From Deltaproteobacteria bacterium CSP1-8 (GTDB lineage: Bacteria > Desulfobacterota > Deferrimicrobia > Deferrimicrobiales > Deferrimicrobiaceae), in contig LDXO01000001.1 of the NCBI GenBank assembly GCA_001443455.1, positions 3,102 to 67,101 on the forward strand: a stretch of 64,000 bases of DNA. The letters are read 5' to 3'. Numbering within the stretch: the first letter of the stretch is position 1; each line of letters starts with the position of its first letter. The position numbers were made by a program, and so were the translations under genes. Under the pieces are notes generated by a model, which saw only the letters and a list, made by a program, of their open reading frames with translations, searched no databases and had not been told where the DNA came from. Below, piece by piece: positions 36,023 to 46,036 of this stretch.

Positions 36023-37423
36023 ATGGCGAGCTTTGCCCATCCCGCGGAGGCGATCGGAACCGGGCGCGGGCTGTCGCGCTCGGAGGAACTGGCGGCGTTC
36101 GTGGAGCGGGCGACATGGGAGGATATCTCGCCCGCGGCGCGCGAAGCCCTCAAAATCCGCGTTCTCGATTCCCTGGGGTGCGCCCTCGGGGCGTTCCGGG
36201 GAGAGCCGATCCGGATGATCCGCCGGGACATCGACGAGTTCGGGGGAAACCCGCTGTGCACCCTGATCGGGGGGGGGAAGACTTCCCCCGACCGGGCCGC
36301 CTTCGGGAACGGGGCGCTGATCCGGTACCTGGACTTCAACGACTCCTACCTGGCCCCGGGCGAGACGTGCCATCCCAGCGACAACATCGGGGCCGTCCTC
36401 GCCGCGTCGGAGTACGCCCGGGCCTCGGGCCGGCAGTTCCTCGCGGCGCTGGCCGTGGCGTACCAGGTGCAATGTCGCCTGTGCGACGAGGCACCGGTTC
36501 GGGCCAGAGGGTTCGACCACACGACCCAGGGGGCGTTCGCGAGCGCCGCCGGCGTGGCCAAGGCGCTTGCGCTTCCCATGGCGCAGGTCGCCAACGCCCT
36601 GGGCATATCGGGGACGGCGAACAACGCGCTGCGCGTGACCCGCACCGGAGAGCTGTCCCACTGGAAGGGGCTTGCCTACCCGGACACGGCGTTTAACGGC
36701 CTGCGCGCGGCGTTCCTTGCGATGCGGGGGGTGACGGGCCCCCGGGAGGTCTTCGAGGGAAACAAGGGGTGGTGCCAGACGATCGCGGGCGACTTCGAAC
36801 TCGACTGGTCGCGGGAGAACCTCGAGAGGGTCCTGCGCACGATCATCAAGAAATACAACGCCGAGATCCACTCCCAGTCGGCGCTCGAGGGGATGATCGA
36901 GCTGATGCGTGAGAGGGGGTTCTCCGGGTCCGACATCGACCGGATCCGCATCGACATCTTCGACGTCGCCCACCTCATCATCGGCGGCGGCGTGGAGGGG
37001 GACAAGACGATCGTCCGGACGAAGGAGGAGGCCGACCACAGCCTGCACTACATGGTCGCCGCGGCTGCACTGGACGGGCAGGTGATGCCCGCCCAGTACG
37101 AACCGGAGCGGATCGGGCGCAACGACATCCAGTCGCTCCTCCGCAGGGTGACGGTGGTCCCGAACCCGGAATATTCGAAGCGGTTCCCGGACGAGCACCG
37201 CTGCAGGATCACGGTGACCCTTACGGACGGCAGATTCTTTACGAAAGAAAAGGTCGACTACGAGGGATTCCACACCCGGCCGATGTCGTGGGAGCGGGTG
37301 ACGGAGAAGTTCATGGGGCTCGCGGAGGAGGCGTTCGAGTCTTCGCGCCGGAGCGAGATCGTCGATGCCGTGAAGCGCCTCGACGGGATCGCCGTGAAGG
37401 ACCTGATGGCTCTGTTGGGGTAG
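36023..37423 (+). CDS. MmgE/PrpD family protein (2-methylcitrate dehydratase-like)
   Basis: 466 aa starting 5 nt after the comA-like stop. Family blocks 'ALGNGALIRYLDFND' and 'HPSDNIGAVLAA'. Confidence 0.7.
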   Translation: MASFAHPAEAIGTGRGLSRSEELAAFVERATWEDISPAAREALKIRVLDSLGCALGAFRGEPIRMIRRDIDEFGGNPLCTLIGGGKTSPDRAAFGNGALIRYLDFNDSYLAPGETCHPSDNIGAVLAASEYARASGRQFLAALAVAYQVQCRLCDEAPVRARGFDHTTQGAFASAAGVAKALALPMAQVANALGISGTANNALRVTRTGELSHWKGLAYPDTAFNGLRAAFLAMRGVTGPREVFEGNKGWCQTIAGDFELDWSRENLERVLRTIIKKYNAEIHSQSALEGMIELMRERGFSGSDIDRIRIDIFDVAHLIIGGGVEGDKTIVRTKEEADHSLHYMVAAAALDGQVMPAQYEPERIGRNDIQSLLRRVTVVPNPEYSKRFPDEHRCRITVTLTDGRFFTKEKVDYEGFHTRPMSWERVTEKFMGLAEEAFESSRRSEIVDAVKRLDGIAVKDLMALLG

Positions 37424-37648
37424 ATTCGCCGCAAAAGGCGACAAGGGACGGAAAGACATTGCCCCGGAGGTGTTCGCCCCCCGGGGCTTCCCCCATCTAT
37501 CCCGGAAAACGGTCCGCGCCTGCGGGTTCGAAGTCGCAGACGATCCCGTAATCCCCCCGCCACCCATGGATATTGCCGGGTTCCTCAGGGAAATGAAATC
37601 CTTTCAGGGAGTTGGAAATCGCAATATCATGGGAGTTCAAGTGGATCG

Positions 37649-38740
37649 GTGACAGAATCACCACATGACCCGGCAACAAGAGGATTTTCCGCGGTCCGTG
37701 CCGCAGGGGGAAACGGGAGCCAGCAGATGGGCGGCACGAAACGGTCGAATTCTTCCGAGTCGGACAGGGACAGGATGCGCGTGACCAGGGAGGAGGCGCT
37801 GGCCCTGTTCCGTAAGATGAGCCAGATCCGGCGCTTCGAGGAACGCGCGGAAGAGGCGTACGGGCGGGGCATGATCGGCGGGTTTCTCCACCTGTACATC
37901 GGGGAGGAAGCCATCGCGGTCGGAGCCTTGGCCGGACTTGAGCCGGAAGATGACGTCATCACGCATTACCGGGACCACGGCTATGTCCTGGCGAGGGGCG
38001 TCGACCCCAAACGGGTGATGGCGGAACTGTACGGCAAGTCGACCGGACTCGGCAAGGGAAAGGGCGGGTCGATGCACCTGGCGGACGTCTCTCGCCATCT
38101 CTGGGGTGGGTACGCCGTCGTCGGGGGGCACGTCCCGCTTGCGGCGGGGTTGGCGCTGGCGAACCAGTACCGGAATCTGCCGAGGGTCGTCTCCTGTTTC
38201 CTGGGCGACGGCGCGACCAACATCGGCACGTTCTTCTCCAGCCTGAACATGGCGGCATTGTGGAAATTGCCGCTCGTCGTCATCGTCGAAAACAACCGCT
38301 ACGGGATGGGCACGGCGGTCAAGCGCGCTTCCGCGGTCGAGGACATATATCGGAAGGCGAGTGCGTTCAATATCCCGGCGGTCCGGATCGACGGGAACGA
38401 CGTCCTCGCCGTACGGGACGCCGTGCGCGACATGGCACGGACGGCGCGGGCAGGCGGCGGTCCGCAGATGATCGAGGCGATGACGTATCGGTTCCGCGGC
38501 CACTCGATGGGAGACCCGCAGCGGTACCGCAGCCGGGAGGAGGTGGAAGCGGCGAAAGCGGCCGACCCGATCGATCGGTGGCGCCGATACATCCTGGAAA
38601 GGAATCTGGCGGAGGAGGAGGAATTGGAAAGGGTGATCGGCGAGATCGAGACCGAGTTGGAGGAGGCCGTCCGGTTCGCGGAAGAGAGCCCCGCTCCCGA
38701 GCCGGCCGAGCTTTGCTTCGACGTCGTGGTCGAGGAATAG
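37649..38740 (+). CDS. pdhA: Pyruvate dehydrogenase (acetoin dehydrogenase-type) E1 component alpha subunit
   Basis: TPP motif 'GDGATNIGTFFSSLNMAALWKLPLVVIVENNRYGMGT'. The start is uncertain; an internal 'MRVTREEALALFRKM' at 37775 is possible. Confidence 0.8.
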   Translation: MTESPHDPATRGFSAVRAAGGNGSQQMGGTKRSNSSESDRDRMRVTREEALALFRKMSQIRRFEERAEEAYGRGMIGGFLHLYIGEEAIAVGALAGLEPEDDVITHYRDHGYVLARGVDPKRVMAELYGKSTGLGKGKGGSMHLADVSRHLWGGYAVVGGHVPLAAGLALANQYRNLPRVVSCFLGDGATNIGTFFSSLNMAALWKLPLVVIVENNRYGMGTAVKRASAVEDIYRKASAFNIPAVRIDGNDVLAVRDAVRDMARTARAGGGPQMIEAMTYRFRGHSMGDPQRYRSREEVEAAKAADPIDRWRRYILERNLAEEEELERVIGEIETELEEAVRFAEESPAPEPAELCFDVVVEE

Positions 38741-38749
38741 GAGACTGCC

Positions 38750-39721
38750 ATGGCCCTGAAGACCTACCGGGAAGCCCTGCGTGAGGCGCTACGCGAAGAA
38801 ATGATCCGCGACGAGCGCGTGCTGATCATGGGGCAGGAGGTCGGCGTGTGGGGAGGGACGTACGCGGTCACGCGCGGACTCCTGGACGAATTCGGGGAGA
38901 AGCGCGTCATCGACACGCCGATAGCGGAAGAAGCGATCGTCGGCGCGGCGATCGGCGCGGCGATGGGGGGGTTACGCCCGGTCGCGGAGCTGATGACGAT
39001 CAATTTCAGCCTGGTGGCGATGGACCAGATCGTCAACAACATGGCGAAGATCCGCTTCATGTTCGGGGGGCAGATGACGATTCCGCTGGTCGTCCGCACG
39101 CCCGCCGGCTGGGGGCAGCTGGCGGCGACCCATTCGCAGACCTTCGAATCCTGGTTCGCCCATATCCCCGGGCTGACCGTGGTGATGCCGTCGACTCCGG
39201 CCGACGCCAAGGGCCTGCTGAAAACCGCGATCCGGTCCGAGAACCCGGTGATGTTCATCGAGCACGCGCGCCTTTACGGCACCAAGGGCGAGGTTCCGGA
39301 GGTCGAGTACACCTTGCCGATGGGCGTTCCGGACGTCAAACGCGCGGGACGTGACGTGACGATCGTGACGTATTCGCGGATGGTGAACGTCGCCCTGGAG
39401 GCGGCGGAAACGCTCGCGAGGGACGGCATCGAATGCGAGGTGGTCGACCTGCGCACGCTGCGGCCGCTCAACCTGGCGGCGGTCTACGGGTCGGTGGAAA
39501 AGACGCATCGTGCGATCATTCTCGAAGAGGATTGGACGACGTGCGGGATGGGCGCCGAGATCGCCGCGCGCATCGGCCGCGACCGGTTCGACTCCCTCGA
39601 CGCCCCGGTGGAGCGCCTCGGCCAGGTGGAGGCGCCGATACCGTACGCCAAGAATCTCGAGGCGTTGATGTTTCCCGACGAGGCGCTGCTCATCGGTAAG
39701 GTCAGGGGGATGCTTGCGTAA
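38750..39721 (+). CDS. pdhB: Pyruvate dehydrogenase E1 component beta subunit
   Basis: 323 aa with transketolase-like pyrimidine-binding and C-terminal domains ('MGQEVGVWGGTYAVTRGL'). Confidence 0.85.
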   Translation: MALKTYREALREALREEMIRDERVLIMGQEVGVWGGTYAVTRGLLDEFGEKRVIDTPIAEEAIVGAAIGAAMGGLRPVAELMTINFSLVAMDQIVNNMAKIRFMFGGQMTIPLVVRTPAGWGQLAATHSQTFESWFAHIPGLTVVMPSTPADAKGLLKTAIRSENPVMFIEHARLYGTKGEVPEVEYTLPMGVPDVKRAGRDVTIVTYSRMVNVALEAAETLARDGIECEVVDLRTLRPLNLAAVYGSVEKTHRAIILEEDWTTCGMGAEIAARIGRDRFDSLDAPVERLGQVEAPIPYAKNLEALMFPDEALLIGKVRGMLA

Positions 39722-39802
39722 GCCGCCCCCCCGGCCCCCGTCCTCGCGCGAACGGGACCCGCTGACGTTCGGGAAGATTCTCTTGCCCTAAGCGGAAAGG
39801 AG

Positions 39803-41065
39803 GTGCGTATGGCGACCGAGGTGATCATGCCCTCCCTGGGGTTCGACATGGTCGAGGGAGTCGTGGCCCGCTGGCTGAAGAAGGAAGGGGATCCGGTGGA
39901 AAAGGGGGAGGCCATTGTCGAAATCGAGACGGAAAAGGCCAGCGTCGAGGTCGAGGCGGCCGTCTCGGGAGTCCTGCAAAAGATCATCGTTCCCGCGGGA
40001 GAAACCGTGGTGGTCGGGACGGTGATCGGCATGATCGCCGCCCCCGGTGAGATGCCCGCCGGGAAACCCGGGGAAAAACCCGAAAGGCGGGAACCGTCGC
40101 CTCCTCCGTTCGTATCACCCGCGGACGGACCGGAGAAAGCCCGGGAGAAGCCGAAAAAGCCGGCGGAGGAACGGAAAGAAGAGCCCGAAGAGGCCGAACC
40201 GCCGGGGCGCAGGATAAAAGCCTCTCCCGTCGCGCGCAAGATGGCGGAAAAAGCGGGTATCGATCTGGCCCGAATCAAGGGGAGCGGCCCCGACGGCCGC
40301 GTCATGGAGCGCGATGTTCAGGCGACGATGGGTGAAAAACCGTCACCGGCGGAGCCGAAAACCGGGGCCGGCGTTCCCGCCGGCGAGATTGTCCCCATGA
40401 GCCGGATGCGGAAGGCGATCGCCCGAAGGATGACCGAGAGCAAGGCGAAGGCGCCGCATTTTTACGTCACCGTCGACGTCAACATGGACGAAGCGATGAA
40501 CATGCGGGAACAACTGAACCGTCTCGCCCCCGAATCCGAAAAAATTTCCGTCAACGACCTGATCGTGGCGGCGGCGGCCAGGACGCTGGCCCGGTTTCCG
40601 GATATGAACGCGACGTATCGCGGGGAGACTCTCGAGAAACATTCCCGGATCGATATCGGCATCGCGGTGGCACTCCCGGACGGGCTGATCCCCCCCGTGC
40701 TGCGCAATGCGGACAGGAAAACGCTGCGTGAGATCGCGGCCGGGTCCAAAGAGCTGAGCGAGCGCGCACGCGCCGGCAGGCTGCGTTCCGAGGACCTGGG
40801 CTCCGGGACGTTCACGATATCCAACCTGGGGATGTTCGACGTGGAGGAATTCATCGCGATCATCAACCCGCCGGAAGCCGCCATCCTCGCGGTCGGGGCG
40901 GTGACCCCGCGTCCGATCGCAGCCGGAGGGGAGGTCCGGATCGCCTCGATGATGAAAGCGACATTGTCGGTGGACCATCGCGTGGCCGACGGGGCGCAGG
41001 CCGGCCGCTTCATGCAGGAACTCAAGAAGCGGTTGGAGAACCCGGTCCATCTCCTTGTCGAGTAG
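39803..41065 (+). CDS. pdhC: Dihydrolipoamide acetyltransferase (E2)
   Basis: N-terminal lipoyl domain ('IETEKASVEVEA', lipoyl-Lys), Ala/Pro linker, E3-binding domain ('ASPVARKMAEKAGIDLARIKGSG'), and catalytic domain with 'DHRVADG'. Confidence 0.85.
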   Translation: MRMATEVIMPSLGFDMVEGVVARWLKKEGDPVEKGEAIVEIETEKASVEVEAAVSGVLQKIIVPAGETVVVGTVIGMIAAPGEMPAGKPGEKPERREPSPPPFVSPADGPEKAREKPKKPAEERKEEPEEAEPPGRRIKASPVARKMAEKAGIDLARIKGSGPDGRVMERDVQATMGEKPSPAEPKTGAGVPAGEIVPMSRMRKAIARRMTESKAKAPHFYVTVDVNMDEAMNMREQLNRLAPESEKISVNDLIVAAAARTLARFPDMNATYRGETLEKHSRIDIGIAVALPDGLIPPVLRNADRKTLREIAAGSKELSERARAGRLRSEDLGSGTFTISNLGMFDVEEFIAIINPPEAAILAVGAVTPRPIAAGGEVRIASMMKATLSVDHRVADGAQAGRFMQELKKRLENPVHLLVE

Positions 41066-41071
41066 GCGGAC

Positions 41072-41323
41072 ATGATGCGGATTCGACAGGGAATTCTCCT
41101 TTCCGCCGTCGCGGTCGGCCTTTTGCTGATTGCCGTCGTTTGCTGGCATTCCGTGGAGGAGATCCATTATCTGAAGTCGTTCTTCCCGGCAAGGTTTACC
41201 GTGGAAGAAGCCGGTTACGCCAGTATCGTGGAGCTGGTGAAAATAGCGATCATCACCGTACCGGTCCTGGTCGTCATCGCTACCTGCCTTTGTCTGCTGC
41301 ACTATTTCCGCAAGGAACCTTGA
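41072..41323 (+). CDS. Hypothetical small membrane protein (2 predicted TM helices)
   Basis: 83-aa ORF directly after pdhC; hydrophobic segments 'ILLSAVAVGLLLIAVV' and 'IAIITVPVLVVIATCLCLL'. No recognised family. Confidence 0.3.
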   Translation: MMRIRQGILLSAVAVGLLLIAVVCWHSVEEIHYLKSFFPARFTVEEAGYASIVELVKIAIITVPVLVVIATCLCLLHYFRKEP

Positions 41324-41340
41324 AGCGAGAACGATTGCCC

Positions 41341-42355
41341 GCAGAGGGGTATCCACTTTACTCCAGTACCCACAATATGTAGTGTTACTACCCATGGAGG
41401 ACTATCCGAGGACCCTTGCCGAATTCGAGAAACGGTTTGCCACGGAGGCGGCGTGCCGCGCCTACTTGATCCACTGTCGCTGGCCGTCGGGGTTTCGGTG
41501 CTCGCGGTGCGCCACCGACGATGGATGGGAAACCAGCCGGGGCTTGCGGATGTGTCCCCAGTGCGGACACCAGACCTCCGTGACAGCGGGGACGATTTTC
41601 CACCGGAGTCACCTTCCGTTGCGGACCTGGTTCCGGGCCATGTGGTGGGTCACCAACCAAAAGCACGGGGTCAGCGCTCTGGGATTGCAGCGCCTGCTCG
41701 GGTTGGGGAGCTACGAGACAGCTTGGTCCTGTCTCCAAAAACTGAGGCGTGCGATGGTGCGGCCTGACCGGGACCGGCTGGGCGGCGAGGTGGAGGTGGA
41801 TGAAACATACCTTGGCGGCGTCCAGGCTGGTGGAGGCCGTAGACACTTGGGAAACAAGGCCTTGTTGGCCATCGCCGCGCAGGTCGACGGCCAAGGGATC
41901 GGCCGGATTCGGATGCGTCGGATTCCGGATGCCTCCTCCAAGACACTCCTCTCGTTCGTCAAGATGGCGGTCGAACCGGGGGCCGTGGTCGTCACCGACG
42001 GATGGGGTCCTTACGACGGGTTGCAGAAGGAGGGCTTCACGCACAACCCCCGGGTGATCAGCGGGAGCGGAAAAACGGCATCGACTCTTCTGCCGCGGGT
42101 GCATCGGGTCGCGTCTTTGTTGAAACGGTGGCTGTTGGGAACCCATCAGGGTGCTGTATCCCGCAAGCAACTGGAATATTACCTCGACGAGTTTACGTTT
42201 CGGTTCAACCGCAGGACATCCAGGCATCGCGGTAAGCTGTTCACACGGCTTATTGAACAGGCAGTCGCAATTGGACCTACGCCTTACGAAAAACTGATCG
42301 TCGGTCCGGACCACAATATGTAGGGGTCACTGGAGTAAAGTGGATACCCCTCTGC
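41341..42355. mobile_element. IS1595-family insertion sequence with perfect 27-bp terminal inverted repeats
   Basis: Left IR 'GCAGAGGGGTATCCACTTTACTCCAGT' (41341-41367) is the exact reverse complement of the right IR (42329-42355). Subterminal direct repeats 'CCACAATATGTAG' lie at 41370-41382 and 42311-42323. Single transposase ORF inside. Confidence 0.85.
41394..42323 (+). CDS. IS1595-family (ISXO2-like) transposase
   Basis: N-terminal Zn-ribbon 'CRWPSGFRCSRC...CPQCGH', then a DDE domain. The ORF track starts at GTG 41382; ATG 41394 'MEDYPRTLAEF' is preferred. Confidence 0.8.
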   Translation: MEDYPRTLAEFEKRFATEAACRAYLIHCRWPSGFRCSRCATDDGWETSRGLRMCPQCGHQTSVTAGTIFHRSHLPLRTWFRAMWWVTNQKHGVSALGLQRLLGLGSYETAWSCLQKLRRAMVRPDRDRLGGEVEVDETYLGGVQAGGGRRHLGNKALLAIAAQVDGQGIGRIRMRRIPDASSKTLLSFVKMAVEPGAVVVTDGWGPYDGLQKEGFTHNPRVISGSGKTASTLLPRVHRVASLLKRWLLGTHQGAVSRKQLEYYLDEFTFRFNRRTSRHRGKLFTRLIEQAVAIGPTPYEKLIVGPDHNM

Positions 42356-42677
42356 CCGCAAACCGGTGTTCGGTCCGGTCGCGACGTCCCCGCATCCTCC
42401 GGGAAAGGTCGTTCCCGACGGGAAACCGGGTCGCCTCGAGCCAAATCTAAGTAGTTGGGGTGGCGCCCATCCCGGTGTCGTCTAGGCAAGGGACGTCCAA
42501 CCTCCCGGCCGGGGAGACGCCAACCAGGGATGGATACCGGATGCCGGGCGATTCCCGGCGAGGACGCGTCACCCTTTTTCGTCGTCGGGTGACCGAACCG
42601 GGGGTGTTCTCTCTTTCATCGATGGTCAAAAGCATACGGTCGCCGGCGAATTCCGGGTGCACGGAAGCGGCTTCGGG

Positions 42678-44054
42678 ATGGCGACGCGGGCGGCTGGACA
42701 GACGAGGAGGAGCTTGCAGGAAAAACCGGACGGGAGGCGGCCGCGAGCGGTGATCGTGGGCGCGGGATTCGGAGGGTTGTGGGCGGCGCGGGAATTGGCC
42801 CGATGCCCCGTGGATGTCCTGCTCCTCGACCGGAGGAACTACCACCTGTTCCTGCCGCTGCTCTACCAGGTAGCCGCGGCGGAGCTGGAATCGGAAGATA
42901 TCGCATATCCCGTGCGGAGCATCCTGCGGGGCCTTCCGAACGTGAACTTCGTCCTGTCCCGGGTCCGTGGGGTCGATCTGCGGACAAGGGAGGTGACAAC
43001 CGATGATGGGAGGATCCCGTTCGATTATCTCGTCCTCGCGGCGGGTTCCACGTCCCATTTCTTCGGCATACCCGGCGCGTCCGAGCATTCCTTTCCCCTG
43101 AAGACCCTGGGCGATGGCGTCGCGCTCCGAAACCAGGTTCTCCGCGCGTTCGAGCGGGCTGCCGGCGAGCCCGATCCGGAACGGCGCCGGGCCGCGTTGA
43201 CATTCGTGCTCGTCGGCGGCGGCGCGACCGGCGTGGAGTTCAGCGGCGCCCTCGCGGAGCTGATCCGCGGGCCGTTGCGGAAGGATTTTCCGTCCCTTGA
43301 TTTCCGGGAGGTGAAGGTGCTTCTGGTCGAGGCGAAGGAAGGGCTCCTGTTCGGGATGACGGAGGCGCTTCGGCGCTATGCGTTGGAAAGGCTTTCCCGG
43401 AAAGGGGTCGATGTGCGCCTGGGGGCGAGTGTGCGGCGGGTCGCGAAAGACGGCATCCACCTGGAAGACGGCGCCTTCATCCCCTCGGAAACGACGGTGT
43501 GGACGGCCGGGGTGTGCGGCGAATCCTTCGAGGGAATCCGAAGCGTACCGATTTCCCCGGACAGGCGGGTGAAGGTGACGCCGACCCTCGAGCTGCCGGG
43601 ATGTCCCGGGATATACGCCGTCGGCGATCTGGCGTACTTCGAGGAAGCCGGAAAAGCGCTCCCGATGATGGCGCCGGTCGCCATCCAGATGGGAGCGGCA
43701 GCAGCCCGCAACATCGCGAGGCAGGTCGCCGGCCAGGCACCGCTCCCGTTCCGGTACAGGGATCCCGGCTCCATGGTGATCCTGGGCCGCAATGCGGCGG
43801 TGGCGCATCTCCGCGGGCGGGACTACACGGGATTCCCCGCGTGGATCGTCTGGCTTGCCGTCCACATCTTTCAGCTGATCGGATTCCGCAACCGCCTGGT
43901 CGTGATGATCAACTGGGCCTGGGACTACTTCCTGTACGAGCGGGCGGTTCGCATCATTCTTCCCGAATCACGGCCGGGAGAAGGCATCCCCGCCGACGAG
44001 GCGTCGCAACCGGCCGCGGACAACGGAAAGAAGGCGCACGGGGGACGATGGTAG
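42678..44054 (+). CDS. ndh: Type II NADH:quinone oxidoreductase (NDH-2)
   Basis: Two dinucleotide-binding motifs '[16 protein letters not shown]' and '[17 protein letters not shown]'. Amphipathic C-terminus typical of NDH-2. Confidence 0.75.
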   Translation: MATRAAGQTRRSLQEKPDGRRPRAVIVGAGFGGLWAARELARCPVDVLLLDRRNYHLFLPLLYQVAAAELESEDIAYPVRSILRGLPNVNFVLSRVRGVDLRTREVTTDDGRIPFDYLVLAAGSTSHFFGIPGASEHSFPLKTLGDGVALRNQVLRAFERAAGEPDPERRRAALTFVLVGGGATGVEFSGALAELIRGPLRKDFPSLDFREVKVLLVEAKEGLLFGMTEALRRYALERLSRKGVDVRLGASVRRVAKDGIHLEDGAFIPSETTVWTAGVCGESFEGIRSVPISPDRRVKVTPTLELPGCPGIYAVGDLAYFEEAGKALPMMAPVAIQMGAAAARNIARQVAGQAPLPFRYRDPGSMVILGRNAAVAHLRGRDYTGFPAWIVWLAVHIFQLIGFRNRLVVMINWAWDYFLYERAVRIILPESRPGEGIPADEASQPAADNGKKAHGGRW

Positions 44055-44092
44055 GATCCCGGGTTGGGTGACGGGTTTGGGCAGGCGGACTT

Positions 44093-44344
44093 TCATTCAT
44101 CGCTTCTCGCCGGCTTTCCTGTACGCCACGGACTTGGCCTGTTTTTTCCCGGGATGGGACCTTCCTCTTCCGGGAACCGGCACAGCACCGGATCGTTTTG
44201 CGGTACCTGGCTCAATCCCGCCGATTCCCGCGCCTCCCGGATCATCATACCGATTTTGAACTGCTCGTATCCCCCGTCGTATCCGTAGGCGAATTCCGGG
44301 TCGCGATTCTTCCTTTCCTCGATATATTTCTTAAGGTCGCTCAT
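44093..44344 (-). CDS. Small XRE/HigA-like DNA-binding protein, possibly degenerate
   Basis: 'MSDLKKYIEERKNRDPEFAYGYDGGYEQFKIGMMIREARESAGLSQ' is a typical antitoxin-like HTH N-terminus. The rest ('VPQNDPVLCRF...') lacks the usual 'EELAE...ISR.E' HTH core. No partner toxin gene is present. Confidence 0.4.
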   Translation of the reverse strand: MSDLKKYIEERKNRDPEFAYGYDGGYEQFKIGMMIREARESAGLSQVPQNDPVLCRFPEEEGPIPGKNRPSPWRTGKPARSDE

Positions 44345-44491
44345 GGTCCTTTCTCCCCGGCATGAGGGAAGGTTAACCCTCGTCAAGGGACCGATTGTTG
44401 AGCGATCTTGCGGCTCGGGGTTCTTGCCGCCGCCGGACACCCCTCGTGCCGGGTTCCCCGGGGGGGTTCTCCCGCCCCGGGGTGATTTCGC

Positions 44492-45745
44492 TCAGATTGC
44501 CCGCAACGCCTGGTCGAAGTCCTCCAGGATGTCCTCGATCGCCTCGATCCCCACCGAGACGCGCAACAGGTCCGGGGTGATGCCGTTCGCCAGACGCGAC
44601 TCCTCGGTGAAGCTTATGTACTGGGACGACCACGGGTGGATGACCAGCGTCTTGCAGTCACCCAGGTTCGCCAGGTGGTAGACGAGCTTCACGTTCCGGA
44701 TGAGGTCGAAGCACGCCTTCTCGTTCTCCAGGCCGAAGGTGAGAAGCGCCCCGTACCCTTTTCCCCGGAACTGGGTTTTGGCCGTCTCGTGCGCCGGGCT
44801 TTTCGGGAGCCCCGGGAAGTTCACCCACTTCACCCTTGGGTGCCGGTCCAGGAACTCGGCCACCCGGTTCGCGTTGCTCATGTGCCGCTCCATCCTGACC
44901 GCCAGGGTGTCCAGCCCGATCAGGGTCAGGTACGACTGGAACGGCGACTGGGTGGTTCCGAAGTTGATGTGGATCTCCCGCCAGACCTTGTCGATGTAGG
45001 CCAGTTTCCCCTTGCGCTCCTTGAACAGCCTGAAGTCCGGGTATTTCTCCTCCGGCCAGTCGAACCGTCCGGCATCGATCACCACCCCCCCCACGGCTGA
45101 GCCGTGCCCGTTCAAGTACTTGGTGGTGGAATAGGCGAGAATGTCGGCCCCGTGGTCGATCGGCAGGAACAGGTAGGGCGTGGCGAGCGTGTTGTCCACG
45201 ATCAGGGGCGCCCGGTTCGCGTGGGCCAGATCGGCCAGCTCGCGGATGTTCGGCACGTCCATCTTCGGGTTCCCGATCGTCTCCACGAACAACGCCTTGG
45301 TCCTGGGCGTCACCGCCGCCTTCCAGGCCCCGAGGTCGCCGCTCTCGACCAGCTTGACCGTGATCCCCAGTTTTTTTAAGACGTTGTTGAAGAGAAGGAA
45401 CGTGGACATGAACAGGGAGTTGCCCGAGACGATCTCGTCCCCGGCCTGGCAGATCGCGAGCAGCGCGTTGTTGATCGCCGCCATCCCCGATCCCGTAACC
45501 ACCGCGTCGATGCCGCCCGTGAGCATGCACATCCGTTTCTCCAGCACCTCGTTCGTCGGGTTGCGCAACCGCTGGTAGATGAAGCCCGCCTTCTTACCCG
45601 CGAACACGTCCGAGAGCTCCTCGGCGGTGTCGAACCGGTGCGAGGCGGTCTGGTAGATCGGGGCCAGGGTCGCGCTTTTCCACTCCCCCGGCGCCTGCGC
45701 GCCGTGAATGACGACCGTGTCGAACTTCCACCTGACGTCGGTCAT
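44492..45745 (-). CDS. metY: O-acetylhomoserine aminocarboxypropyltransferase (PLP-dependent Cys/Met-metabolism enzyme)
   Basis: 417 aa. PLP-Lys region 'AYSTTKYLNGHGSAVGG'. Full-length match to the MetY/MetZ family pattern. Confidence 0.8.
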   Translation of the reverse strand: MTDVRWKFDTVVIHGAQAPGEWKSATLAPIYQTASHRFDTAEELSDVFAGKKAGFIYQRLRNPTNEVLEKRMCMLTGGIDAVVTGSGMAAINNALLAICQAGDEIVSGNSLFMSTFLLFNNVLKKLGITVKLVESGDLGAWKAAVTPRTKALFVETIGNPKMDVPNIRELADLAHANRAPLIVDNTLATPYLFLPIDHGADILAYSTTKYLNGHGSAVGGVVIDAGRFDWPEEKYPDFRLFKERKGKLAYIDKVWREIHINFGTTQSPFQSYLTLIGLDTLAVRMERHMSNANRVAEFLDRHPRVKWVNFPGLPKSPAHETAKTQFRGKGYGALLTFGLENEKACFDLIRNVKLVYHLANLGDCKTLVIHPWSSQYISFTEESRLANGITPDLLRVSVGIEAIEDILEDFDQALRAI

Positions 45746-45842
45746 GGTCTCCTCCCTCCTTCCCGTTTAGGATCGTTCGCGCCATCCTCCCTGGTGCGCT
45801 CTCCCCCTTGCCTCCGGCGGACGGACGCGGAAAGATTTTCCA

Positions 45843-45888
45843 AAGGAATAAAGAATCGCCCCGGGGCCTCCCCCTGCGGGCCCGGGGA
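45843..45888 (-). terminator. Rho-independent terminator candidate downstream of the DCC gene
   Basis: Minus-strand hairpin CCCCGGGCC-loop-GGCCCCGGGG followed by 'CGAUUCUUUAUUCCUUUG'. Confidence 0.45.
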
Positions 45889-46036
45889 TACCGGTCGGGA
45901 AAACGGTTTCGCAGACGGCGCCATCTGGAATGAATCTTATTCAATTTGTGCGATGTCGGTCAAGCCATTCCCGGGGCTTTTCCGCCAGGCGGCGATCGCT
46001 CGAACCTTCCGAAGTATCGGGACGGGTGCGGCCCCG

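Noticed and set aside
44064-44491. Toxin partner (HigB/RelE-like) for the XRE/HigA-like small gene
   Set aside because: No ORF with a plausible RBS or a toxin-like sequence on either side. Flanking small ORFs are low-complexity shadows.
45746-46036. Possible SAM riboswitch in the metY leader
   Set aside because: The minus-strand leader shows a GC hairpin (more likely the terminator of the upstream DCC gene) but none of the SAM-I or SAM-II conserved cores.
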